Both the position numbers and the translations under genes were made by a program. A DNA stretch of 35,279 nt, from positions 1 to 35,279 of IMG/VR virus record IMGVR_UViG_3300029567_000036; one strand, given 5' to 3'. Shown piece after piece: positions 15,771-23,900 of this stretch. The stretch's first letter is position 1. Each line of letters starts with the position of its first letter. Origin of the DNA: a virus. The notes below the pieces were generated by a model that worked only from the letters and a program-made list of their open reading frames with translations, had not been told where the DNA came from and did no database searches.

Positions 15771-16151
15771 TTAAAACTGATCAAAGTAGGCCATTGCTTT
15801 GGCCGCTTGAATATCCAGCACATCATCCTTTGTCCAATAGGGGAAAAGGTCATACACTGCGCCCACATCCTCCCCGGCAACCGCAGCGGCGATAACCCCG
15901 GCTTGGATATAAGCGATTTGTGACAGGTTTTGATACTGCCTTTTCTCAAAATCACGATGGAACAGGATGTAACGCTTTAGTTCTCCATAGGTCATGGCGA
16001 GAATAACGGAGAACGACAAGCCATAAGCGTTGGCCTCCAGGATCATATCCTCCGTTGTGCAGTAATTACTCCCGAAAGGAAGTGGACGGCTTATCCTCAC
16101 TCTCTGTGGACTTCTCCACGCCGTCAAACGCAGCGTTGACCATCTTTTCAA
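15771..16151 (-). CDS. gpT-like frameshift extension of the tail assembly chaperone
   Basis: This open frame overlaps the 3' end of 16066..16506 by 86 nt and has no convincing start of its own. It is in the +1 frame relative to G. Confidence 0.55.
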   Translation of the reverse strand: MKRWSTLRLTAWRSPQRVRISRPLPFGSNYCTTEDMILEANAYGLSFSVILAMTYGELKRYILFHRDFEKRQYQNLSQIAYIQAGVIAAAVAGEDVGAVYDLFPYWTKDDVLDIQAAKAMAYFDQF

Positions 16152-16506
16152 TGCCGGCGGAGAGCTTCTCGGCCTGCGTATCGCTCAGTAGACCGGACAC
16201 ATTGGCCAGCTGAAAGAGAATGCTTGAAAATGCGTCCACGCCGCTAACGCCGCTATCCACCAGCGCGTCATACAACGCCTCACCGGTCAGATCGCCGTTG
16301 GGATCATCGTTAAAATGCAGTGCCTCATCCAGCACAGCCAGCAGCCGCTCCGGATCACTGGAAGCGCTCAGGATTACATCCAGGGCGTCCTCCTTAAATC
16401 TATTTTTCAGTCGCAGCTGGGCAGCTACAGTCAAACGCAGGTGCACAGTCTTGCCGCCATTCAGCTGCAAATCGTATGTTCTGGTTACAGTATGCTGATT
16501 ATTCAT
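16066..16506 (-). CDS. Tail assembly chaperone (gpG-like)
   Basis: Acidic 146-aa protein between the major tail protein and the tape measure. Confidence 0.65.
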   Translation of the reverse strand: MNNQHTVTRTYDLQLNGGKTVHLRLTVAAQLRLKNRFKEDALDVILSASSDPERLLAVLDEALHFNDDPNGDLTGEALYDALVDSGVSGVDAFSSILFQLANVSGLLSDTQAEKLSAGIEKMVNAAFDGVEKSTESEDKPSTSFRE

Positions 16507-16559
16507 TGCTTACCTCCTAAAAATGAGGGAGACGGTCTCCCGCCTCCCGAATAATCGAT

Positions 16560-17003
16560 TTACGCGGCGGGGAACTCTCTGCTCCAGTCGCCGTCCAGCT
16601 TGTAAGAGACAGTAGCCTCCATCAGGCTGTTTACGCCCGGTCCCTTAATCGTCAGGCTGGGCACCCCAGAGTTGTTAAACTTGGTGCCGTCCGGCAGCTT
16701 AACCATAATGGGTACGGACACACCGGCGTCCTCCAAAGTTGCCAGCACCCGATAATCCGATGTGGCGTCCTTTGCGTTGTACAGAAAAGTCACCTCAAAG
16801 GCGTCTGCTTTCTTGCGAATACCGGTAATGCTGTGTTCCACATCATCGTCATAGCAAGTGGCGTCCAGTTCTTCCCGTTCGCCCTTGGTCAGATCGCCGA
16901 TTTGGGTGGCGTAGTTCAGGCACTTGGCTGTGGGGCCGGTATAGTTGGGATATACCTCAATGCCTTTGGACGCAAGACCGCGTTCCGGCTTTGTTTCGTT
17001 CAT
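16560..17003 (-). CDS. Major tail protein
   Basis: 147 aa with RBS AGGAGG, in the canonical position upstream of the chaperones. Confidence 0.65.
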   Translation of the reverse strand: MNETKPERGLASKGIEVYPNYTGPTAKCLNYATQIGDLTKGEREELDATCYDDDVEHSITGIRKKADAFEVTFLYNAKDATSDYRVLATLEDAGVSVPIMVKLPDGTKFNNSGVPSLTIKGPGVNSLMEATVSYKLDGDWSREFPAA

Positions 17004-17015
17004 ATAAAATCCTCC

Positions 17016-17384
17016 TTAATCTATCAGTCGATTGGTTCTTGTGTCTACCCGACGGCCGTAACGCAATGATTTGCGCAAATAACCGCTGGGGTCGTGTAAG
17101 AGCGCGTCCGAGGACGCAAATTGCCGGATCAGGCCCAGCGAGGTCAAAGCCTCGTCTACCTTTTCCGTCAATTCCAACAGGTCCGGCAAGGTCATAAACC
17201 ACAGATCCACCTGATAGGCGATCACATCTACGCACGCCAGTTCCGTGCCTGTATTGGTGATCTCATAAAATGTGATCAGGTTACCTGTCGGTTTGCTCTC
17301 CGGAAATGCCATCTTAATGTCATAGGGAATGTCCGACTGTACGGATTTTAAGGTATCCCGGATCACTGCACGGTAGTTTTTCAC
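17016..17384 (-). CDS. Tail terminator / tail completion protein (by position)
   Basis: GTG start with RBS AGGAGG and a GTGA overlap with the upstream stop. Confidence 0.5.
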   Translation of the reverse strand: MKNYRAVIRDTLKSVQSDIPYDIKMAFPESKPTGNLITFYEITNTGTELACVDVIAYQVDLWFMTLPDLLELTEKVDEALTSLGLIRQFASSDALLHDPSGYLRKSLRYGRRVDTRTNRLID

Positions 17385-17851
17385 TTGATCGCCTCCTGTA
17401 TAGCGGTACCATAATGCTCTGCAATCACCGACTGCATTTCCTGCATGCCGTTATACATAAAGAGCGCCGGCAAGCGACCTTTTAGTCTGCGAAAACCGTA
17501 ACCTGGTATATACGCAGTCCAAGGCTCGTGCTTGCGCACAATACCCAGCTCACTGTCCAGCGGTGTACCCTTTTCGTCACCCACAGGCCCGGTTCCGAAT
17601 TCCACATAGGCCGCATACTGCATATTGGTACGGCTGCCTGCGGTCACCCGATCACCGTCACGCTCGCAAAAGGCGGCGATGGACTCCCGCAGCAGTCCGG
17701 TGTCCTCCGGGCAGTTGCTGCGCTGGCGGCCGGCCATATCCTCTGCGTCCTGCAGCATTTGCCGTTCCAAGTTGTCCAGCAGATGATCTGCGGTGCGTTG
17801 CAGCGTCTTGGCATAGGCACTCAGCTTTTCAATCTCAATGTTTGTTTCCAC
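17381..17851 (-). CDS. HK97 gp10-like tail component
   Basis: Contains MQYAAYVEFGTG, typical of the HK97 gp10 family. GTG 17851 with RBS GAGGAG is preferred over the track's ATG 17875, which lacks an RBS. Confidence 0.6.
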   Translation of the reverse strand: METNIEIEKLSAYAKTLQRTADHLLDNLERQMLQDAEDMAGRQRSNCPEDTGLLRESIAAFCERDGDRVTAGSRTNMQYAAYVEFGTGPVGDEKGTPLDSELGIVRKHEPWTAYIPGYGFRRLKGRLPALFMYNGMQEMQSVIAEHYGTAIQEAIK

Positions 17852-18188
17852 CGGGTGCTCTCCTCTCTGTGGCATTCGCTGTCAACAACCGATAATGCAG
17901 GAACTGCTGCACGGTCTCCACCTCCAGCCAGCCAATACCCTCTACCTGTACCAGGTCGCCGGGCTGCACGCCCACAGGGTCATACAACACGGCTTGATAC
18001 CCGGCAGACAGCACCCGCCCCCGCTCCTCAATAGGGGCAGAAGCAGATACCGGCTGCCAGCACAAATACAAAATGGCAGGTGTAGCACTGTATGTGTTCT
18101 GCTCAAAGTCGTAAGCACTGTCTCTGATCGTCTGTGCGGAGAAAATCCGTGATTTTACAGTCCACGACTTAGGCGTTTTTGCTTTCAC
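17835..18188 (-). CDS. Head closure / head-tail joining protein (by position)
   Basis: GTG 18188 is preceded by GGGAGGTG with a 7-nt spacing. The track's start at 18236 lacks an RBS. Confidence 0.5.
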   Translation of the reverse strand: MKAKTPKSWTVKSRIFSAQTIRDSAYDFEQNTYSATPAILYLCWQPVSASAPIEERGRVLSAGYQAVLYDPVGVQPGDLVQVEGIGWLEVETVQQFLHYRLLTANATERRAPGGNKH

Positions 18189-18567
18189 CGGTGCGCACCT
18201 CCCTGTATCTGTTGTACGGCTGGAGCAGGTCGGCAATGGCTGTCTCCTGCTCCGCAGGGGTGGTATAGGTCTCGCTCATAGATACGCTGCCCTCTGTATA
18301 GGACGCACTCTTTACACCGTAATCCCGATCCTGTATAAAGCAGTTCAGGTGCACAAAAGCCAGTTTGGCCAGTGTGGTGGCCGTTACCACCGGCGGCAGC
18401 TCTTGCGTGCCCAAATAGGTCAGGCAATCGTCCTCTGCCATGTCCAAAAACAGCTGTAAATCCAGCTCTTCACCGGCGTGTGCGTACCAGGTCTCGCATA
18501 TCTTGTCATATCGCCCGGCAGCGGCCCGCAGCAGCCGCAGGGCCTTACTTTTCATCTCATCAGTCAA
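18169..18567 (-). CDS. Head-tail connector/adaptor (gp6-like, by position)
   Basis: First gene after the capsid terminator. Confidence 0.5.
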   Translation of the reverse strand: MTDEMKSKALRLLRAAAGRYDKICETWYAHAGEELDLQLFLDMAEDDCLTYLGTQELPPVVTATTLAKLAFVHLNCFIQDRDYGVKSASYTEGSVSMSETYTTPAEQETAIADLLQPYNRYREVRTGESKNA

Positions 18568-18585
18568 AACATATCACCCCATAAG

Positions 18586-18614
18586 AAAAGGCGCCTTATT
18601 TGGCGCCCTTTTTT
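18586..18614. terminator. Hairpin terminator/attenuator after the capsid genes
   Basis: aaaaggcgcc, loop ttattt, ggcgcc, then cttttttg. It has U-tracts in both orientations and overlaps the stop of the 41-aa ORF. Confidence 0.6.
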
Positions 18615-18721
18615 GTATCCTCTTTTTCTTGCAGCTGCCAACCGGCATTCAAATAAGCCGGCAGACAACTCCGATCAATGACCACTTGGGTCTTGCCCTG
18701 TACAACGGTTACCTTTTCCAT
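18596..18721 (-). CDS. Hypothetical 41-aa protein after the major capsid gene (below the track cutoff)
   Basis: MEKVTVVQGKTQVVIDRSCLPAYLNAGWQLQEKEDTKKGAK, with RBS GGGGAGG 6 nt upstream. Confidence 0.5.
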   Translation of the reverse strand: MEKVTVVQGKTQVVIDRSCLPAYLNAGWQLQEKEDTKKGAK

Positions 18722-18737
18722 TTGTACCTCCCCGGGC

Positions 18738-19853
18738 TTAGCCCTGCACCTTGACGATCATATTCTTGTCCAGCGTGGTCACGCCGTACAGAATATCAAA
18801 GGATACGGTGTCGATCTTGTGGGTGCTGTCGTAGTCAAAGACCACACGCACACCCAGGCCGTCCGCAGAAGCCACATAGGCGTTCTTGTTACCCATCGGC
18901 AGATCCATAGGACGGGTCACCAGTGCCACGCCGTTGCGGTGGAACCCTACGGAAGTGGGTGCAGAAATCACCGTAGCGTCTTTGTTGGTCAGCGCGGCAT
19001 GGAGCGGCTGGTCAATAGCCACCTCGGCCACCGCGCCGCTGGCAGCCGTAGCATCTGCGGCAAAATGGTACACATAGCCGTCCACAATAAAGCAATCGCC
19101 CTTTTTCACCGTGGCAGTAGCAGCAGTCACAGAGGACAGCGCCACCTTGCTCTCACCGGCAGTACCACTGACCTTATAAGTCTTGGCAGTGCCAACGGCA
19201 TTGTCCAGATAACCGTAGGGATACGGTGCGTTCTGGCTCATGTAGGTGTCCATGGTGTACACCTTGCCCAGCTCTGCCTCACGCAGGGCGGTACCATCGC
19301 CGGCATAGGATACCTTGGACATATTGTCGTCCGTTGCATAGAGCACCTTGTGAGAGGGGTTCAGCACCAGGCGGCGGTTCTGTACCGGCACACCGGCAAA
19401 GTCCAGATAGCTGCCCACCTTGGCAATATCCTTAATGGGCTTGGTTGCGCTCTCTCCGGAAGCGGTCACGGTGCGACCGGCGCCCTCTACGGCAGTCGCC
19501 AATACATCTGCGTCCACCGCGCTGGCGATGGCGGTCATGGCCGGTTCGATCACCTGAGCAGAGAAGTCGCGCAGATCCAAGGACATTTCCTTAGAAGTGA
19601 TCTGCACAGTCACATCGCGCAGCCGGTCCATCTTCACGGGTACACCGCCCTCGTTCAGATCCTGGGGATCCACAGCGCCGGTAAAGTTCTTGGCTACAAA
19701 CTTGCTGGGGCGGCGGGCGGTAACCGTGTCGCCAACCTTCACAAATTCGTTCTCATAGTCCCGGTGGACCAGGTTAGCCATCACCAGGTTGTTTTTCAGT
19801 ACCATCAGTGCCTCATTGGCAATGACATTGGGTGTTAAAATCGTATTCGGCAT
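18738..19853 (-). CDS. Major capsid protein
   Basis: 371 aa with RBS AGGAGG, following the scaffold gene. The N-terminus MPNTILTPNVIANEALMVLKNNL resembles P22-coat-like capsid proteins. Confidence 0.8.
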   Translation of the reverse strand: MPNTILTPNVIANEALMVLKNNLVMANLVHRDYENEFVKVGDTVTARRPSKFVAKNFTGAVDPQDLNEGGVPVKMDRLRDVTVQITSKEMSLDLRDFSAQVIEPAMTAIASAVDADVLATAVEGAGRTVTASGESATKPIKDIAKVGSYLDFAGVPVQNRRLVLNPSHKVLYATDDNMSKVSYAGDGTALREAELGKVYTMDTYMSQNAPYPYGYLDNAVGTAKTYKVSGTAGESKVALSSVTAATATVKKGDCFIVDGYVYHFAADATAASGAVAEVAIDQPLHAALTNKDATVISAPTSVGFHRNGVALVTRPMDLPMGNKNAYVASADGLGVRVVFDYDSTHKIDTVSFDILYGVTTLDKNMIVKVQG

Positions 19854-19868
19854 TTCTTATTCCTCCTA

Positions 19869-20531
19869 TTAGCCGTTCTGTTTTCTCCACGCCTCATAGG
19901 CGCGGAAGTCTGTGGGCGGTACATTGTCGCCCGCTGCTTCCTTACCTGCCGGCGGCAAGTCCTTGCCCCGCAGGTTGGCGGTTGTGGCGGCCTGTACTGC
20001 CTCTTGAAATGCGGCGTCAAAAATCTCCAGGTTCTTTTGCGAGGCAGTGGCGTCATTCCCGGTCAGGATTGCGGCAAACTGCACAGGCAGCTTACGCTGG
20101 AGCAGCTCAGCCGCAACAGCCGTTTCCAGCTGCTTCTTGGCAAAGGCTGCCTTTTCCTGTTCAAATGCCTGGCGATCCTTGGCCAGGTTATACCGCTCTC
20201 GCTCCTCTTTGTTCATACTGGATAGTTTTTTGGCTTCGTCCGCCTGCTCTTTGGCGCTTTCTTCCCACTTGGCTCTGGCCGTGGCAAGCGCCTTGCTGAC
20301 CCTGCTGTCAAATTCACTTTGGAATTTTTTGTCTTTCAGCAGTTCGTCAAAGGTCGGAGTGGTGTTGCCCCCATCGGAGTTGGCGTCGGTGTCGCCCGCT
20401 GCCCCCTCTGCGTTGGTGTCTGCTCCATTTTCGCCGGTATCTTCGGCAAACAGCTGGAGGTTCAGCGGCAGGCGTGCGCACACCCGGCTCTGTTCTCTGC
20501 TGTTTTCCATCTCGGCATTGTGTTTTGTCAT
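19869..20531 (-). CDS. Scaffolding protein (DUF4355-like)
   Basis: Contains LNLQLFA and DELLKDKKFQSEFDSRVSKAL and is coiled-coil rich. ATG 20531 has RBS AAGGAG. Confidence 0.7.
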   Translation of the reverse strand: MTKHNAEMENSREQSRVCARLPLNLQLFAEDTGENGADTNAEGAAGDTDANSDGGNTTPTFDELLKDKKFQSEFDSRVSKALATARAKWEESAKEQADEAKKLSSMNKEERERYNLAKDRQAFEQEKAAFAKKQLETAVAAELLQRKLPVQFAAILTGNDATASQKNLEIFDAAFQEAVQAATTANLRGKDLPPAGKEAAGDNVPPTDFRAYEAWRKQNG

Positions 20532-20606
20532 TGCTGACTCCTTTCCCAAACCGTGCGCTGCCGGTTCGTTAAATGATATATCCCACAGGCATAGCCTGAA
20601 AATGGG

Positions 20607-20642
20607 TATAAAAAGAGCAGGGTCGCAATCTGCGACTCTGCT
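20607..20642 (-). terminator. Rho-independent terminator after the 56-aa ORF
   Basis: On the minus strand, agcagagtcgca, loop gat, tgcgaccctgct, followed by ctttttat. Confidence 0.6.
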
Positions 20643-20659
20643 TTCCGTGGATTATGATT

Positions 20660-20830
20660 TTATTCCATTGCATCCAGCCATTCCTCAGGGCATTTCCCGT
20701 CATAAAAAGTATCAATGGCTTCCTGTAGTATCTTTTTTCGCTCCTCTTTACTGATTTCTCTATGTCCAACTACCGTTGCCTGTGGCACATCATTCCAGCG
20801 TGGAGCGGTAAACAGCTTCTTTTCTTCCAT
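20660..20830 (-). CDS. Hypothetical 56-aa protein immediately after the MuF-ART gene (candidate immunity protein; not in the track)
   Basis: Hand translation gives MEEKKLFTAPRWNDVPQATVVGHREISKEERKKILQEAIDTFYDGKCPEEWLDAME. GGAG lies 7 nt before the ATG and overlaps the upstream TAG stop. A terminator follows. Confidence 0.6.
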   Translation of the reverse strand: MEEKKLFTAPRWNDVPQATVVGHREISKEERKKILQEAIDTFYDGKCPEEWLDAME

Positions 20831-20839
20831 AATTCACTC

Positions 20840-22342
20840 CTATATTTCACGCAAGAAAATTTTTACCATCTGTTCTTTCTGAACAACATTGAAAACTTCA
20901 AAACTACTATTCCGTTCATAGAGCACTTCCTGCTCATCTGAATTGACGGAACGAATATCCCGTCCGTTCTTGCTGTACGGAATATAGATCTGCACCCGCC
21001 CATCAGGATTATACACCTCTCCGCAAGTTGCGGCTATGTACTCGTTATAAGTAACTGTATTACCGACTGCGTGGGCTTTCACAAATTTCCTTACATCTTC
21101 CGGATCAGATATAGCCAAAGAACGCTTTAGTGGACCATTATATTTAGGAAATTTCACAAGTGCTTGATCTAAGTTAGTTATAGCCTTTTTTTCTTCGTTT
21201 GTCAATCCTATGCCGCGCCGCAACTTCTCATTGATAGCGTAAAAGTCACTGGACACCCAGCGATTGATTGCGTATTCTTCCTCTTCCGTCAAGCCCGGGT
21301 CTCTCTTCTCCACATACTTTTCATACCACTGGCTATAGGTCATATCTGCCGGTACGGTCATGGACTTGCCGGTTACCGGGTCCCTGGCCCAGCGGGTGCC
21401 TGTGCGGTTATTGGTCACCGGCACGGTAATACTGCGGCAGAAAGGGTGCATAGGCGGCAGGTTCTCGCCTGCTTTTGCCTCTTCCACCAAAAAGGTCTTG
21501 CCGTCCAGCTGGCGGCAGATGGCGGAGGTGCGCAAATCCAGGGTCGCCATAAACCGATACCGGGTAATGCCCGCTGCTTTATAGCCCTCTAAAAAGCCTT
21601 GGTTGGAGAAGTAGTTGACCTCTGTACGGATCAGGCGGCTGGCGCAATAGCGTTGCCCGCTGTCGCTATCTGCACCTATGCAGTCCTCCAGCAACCGCTC
21701 CTCCATATCGTGCAGGGTCATACCCGTCATACAACCCACCTCAATCGTGCGCTGCAAGCGCTTGCAAAAGGCGGCGTTATTCTTCCACACACGATCGGAA
21801 TAGTTTTTGCCGCTCCACTTATGGGTAAGTGCGGCCTGTACACGGCGGTCGCTGATCAAGCGGAAGTCATATAGACCATTCTGCTTTTGGTCGTTAAACA
21901 CAGTGCGATAGTACGCTTGTTTGAGTGTATCTGTCAGTCGCGCTTTCGCCAGCCGTTCCTCCCGCACGCCCATGGCTACGGCTTCCGCACGAATAGCGTT
22001 CTGTAAAGCCTGCAAACGGCTGATACGGTCCGCATAGGCCGGTGCGTCCAGCATAGCGATCAACTCCCGCCGTGCCTGTGGTTCCTTAGTCTGTTGTAGC
22101 TGTTCCAGCAGACGCTGGCGCTCCTCTGCGGTTTGGCCTGCGCTCAGCAGCTGCAAGGCATAAGCCTGGCTGATCTGACCGTTTTTAACATACCGGCGGA
22201 GAATACGCTCAATTTGCTCGTTGAGCTGCTCTACACCCTGGGCGTACATACGGTTGACCTCCACCATCGTAGCGGTGGTGCGTGCTTGCAGCAGGTGTTC
22301 CAGGTCAACCGTTCGCCTTTTCCAATACTCTGCTGCTTTCAT
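20840..22342 (-). CDS. Minor head protein (SPP1 gp7 / Mu F-like) fused to a C-terminal ADP-ribosyltransferase toxin domain
   Basis: MuF hallmark PPMHPFCRS at about aa 296..304. The C-terminal domain (aa 351..500, DNA 20843..21292) has YAINRWVSSDFYAINEKLRRG, LKRS (Arg) and DEQEVLYERNSSFEV (ExE). The canonical STS position reads ATC. Confidence 0.75.
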   Translation of the reverse strand: MKAAEYWKRRTVDLEHLLQARTTATMVEVNRMYAQGVEQLNEQIERILRRYVKNGQISQAYALQLLSAGQTAEERQRLLEQLQQTKEPQARRELIAMLDAPAYADRISRLQALQNAIRAEAVAMGVREERLAKARLTDTLKQAYYRTVFNDQKQNGLYDFRLISDRRVQAALTHKWSGKNYSDRVWKNNAAFCKRLQRTIEVGCMTGMTLHDMEERLLEDCIGADSDSGQRYCASRLIRTEVNYFSNQGFLEGYKAAGITRYRFMATLDLRTSAICRQLDGKTFLVEEAKAGENLPPMHPFCRSITVPVTNNRTGTRWARDPVTGKSMTVPADMTYSQWYEKYVEKRDPGLTEEEEYAINRWVSSDFYAINEKLRRGIGLTNEEKKAITNLDQALVKFPKYNGPLKRSLAISDPEDVRKFVKAHAVGNTVTYNEYIAATCGEVYNPDGRVQIYIPYSKNGRDIRSVNSDEQEVLYERNSSFEVFNVVQKEQMVKIFLREI

Positions 22343-22345
22343 AGG

Positions 22346-23899
22346 TTAAGCGTCCTTTTCTTTGTCTTGCTGTTCCTGATCTGCCGACTGTCCCTTTTCA
22401 TCAGCTTTGTCCTCCGCCTTGGCGGCAAAGCTGTCCATATATTGCTGCTGGTTCTCCTGCTTTTGCTGTTTCATGTTCTCCACAGCTTCCGCCGGGTCCT
22501 TAACGAACCATAGCAGGGACAGCAGCGTCTGATCGTCAACCAGTCCGGCATTCTTCAAGGTGCACACCATCTGCACGATCTGCGCCTCATCAATGGGCAG
22601 GGCCACAGTAAACACCATATCCACATCATCTACGGACACCGGGTCTATACCGTTATGGGCCAGCCAGTTGTTGTATAAGGTCCAGCGCTTTTTCAGCCCC
22701 GCCTCCATGGCGCTCATCTTGCTTTTCACCAGCAGGTGCAGGGCAAGCAGCTTGAGCTTTAACGCCACGCCGCTGGCATTACCGGCAAAGGCCTGGTCTG
22801 TCATATCCGGGGTTAGGGTCATCTTGTGAATATCCGATACCAAGGTATCGTCCAGCACCTTCATGGAGTTTTCGTCAAAGGTCTTTTGTATGTATTCCAA
22901 CCGGGCGTCCTGCGGAATGCCGTCAATGAGCCGGTCTCGCTTGGCTGCCTCCATGGTGTCCTGGGGCAGAACCGCGCCGAATGCTGCCAAGATGGAATTA
23001 ACAAATTTGCGCTTATCTGTAAGCCGATCAGACAGCAGCTCGTTTCTGGCGTCAATCAAGTTGGCCACCTGTTCAAAGTCGCCCTGCCGCTCCTCGTTGT
23101 TCTCATAACACACCACCGGCACCTCATCAAAGAAGTGTGGCACCGGTGCACCCACCGGGTTGTACACATAGTTTTCTTTATCCAGCGATGTGCTTTCGTA
23201 CTGCTGATACTGGGTAGCCGTATAGACTGTTACCGCATAGTACCGGCTGCGGTCTGTGCGCTCCCGCTGCTCAAACCACAGCGCAAACAGATCCTTATGC
23301 TCCACCGTGTCATCCTGCACCAGGACAATTTGATCCGGCGCATACACTGCGGATCGCGGGCGCGGCTGCTCCTCTGTGCTGGCATACAGCAGCTCGCAGC
23401 TTTCGCCGTATATACCCATGGCCTTGCCAATCCGCTGATCTATCGTAGCAATATTCTGACTGTGATAGGCAGCCATAACGGCAGAAATGTCAATTTCCTT
23501 GCTGCACAGATCGCACAGGCCGTCTTTGTTTTCGTCCACAGCGTTGTGCCGGATCAGGTTACCGCTTTCCCGATCCAGCTTTGCCTCCACCGTAGACACC
23601 AGGGACAGCTTGGCCTGGCTGTCTTTCTTGTCCTTGTCGTTACAGTCATACTTTACCGGCTCGCTCAGAAAATAGCCACGGATAATATCCACAATGTACT
23701 TGGCATAGTTAGCCTCGGCCCGCACATCGTTCTCGTCCTCTCCTCGGTGGATTTGCGGCACGCCAATATATCGGCCATAGAGGGCACGGCAGCGCCGCTC
23801 ATATTCGTTTGCCCGACCGACCACATAATCGATCACAGCAGACGGCAGTACGCCCTGTTCCGCCTCCGGCACATCCCGCCGGTTCATGTAAAGTATCAT
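22346..23899 (-). CDS. Portal protein
   Basis: 517 aa directly after TerL, with RBS AGGAGG. Size and position fit the SPP1-type portal. Confidence 0.8.
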   Translation of the reverse strand: MILYMNRRDVPEAEQGVLPSAVIDYVVGRANEYERRCRALYGRYIGVPQIHRGEDENDVRAEANYAKYIVDIIRGYFLSEPVKYDCNDKDKKDSQAKLSLVSTVEAKLDRESGNLIRHNAVDENKDGLCDLCSKEIDISAVMAAYHSQNIATIDQRIGKAMGIYGESCELLYASTEEQPRPRSAVYAPDQIVLVQDDTVEHKDLFALWFEQRERTDRSRYYAVTVYTATQYQQYESTSLDKENYVYNPVGAPVPHFFDEVPVVCYENNEERQGDFEQVANLIDARNELLSDRLTDKRKFVNSILAAFGAVLPQDTMEAAKRDRLIDGIPQDARLEYIQKTFDENSMKVLDDTLVSDIHKMTLTPDMTDQAFAGNASGVALKLKLLALHLLVKSKMSAMEAGLKKRWTLYNNWLAHNGIDPVSVDDVDMVFTVALPIDEAQIVQMVCTLKNAGLVDDQTLLSLLWFVKDPAEAVENMKQQKQENQQQYMDSFAAKAEDKADEKGQSADQEQQDKEKDA

Positions 23900-23900
23900 C

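Noticed and set aside
18678-19838. 386-aa plus-strand ORF
   Set aside because: It is exactly antisense to the major capsid gene. The composition is odd (His/Gly/Arg-rich) and there is no RBS. This is a shadow ORF in a GC-rich coding region.
20569-20769. 66-aa minus-strand ORF from the track
   Set aside because: It has a TTG-called start without an RBS, and it runs through the terminator hairpin at 20607..20642. The overlapping 56-aa ORF in another frame (20660..20830) has an ATG, an RBS and a sensible end.
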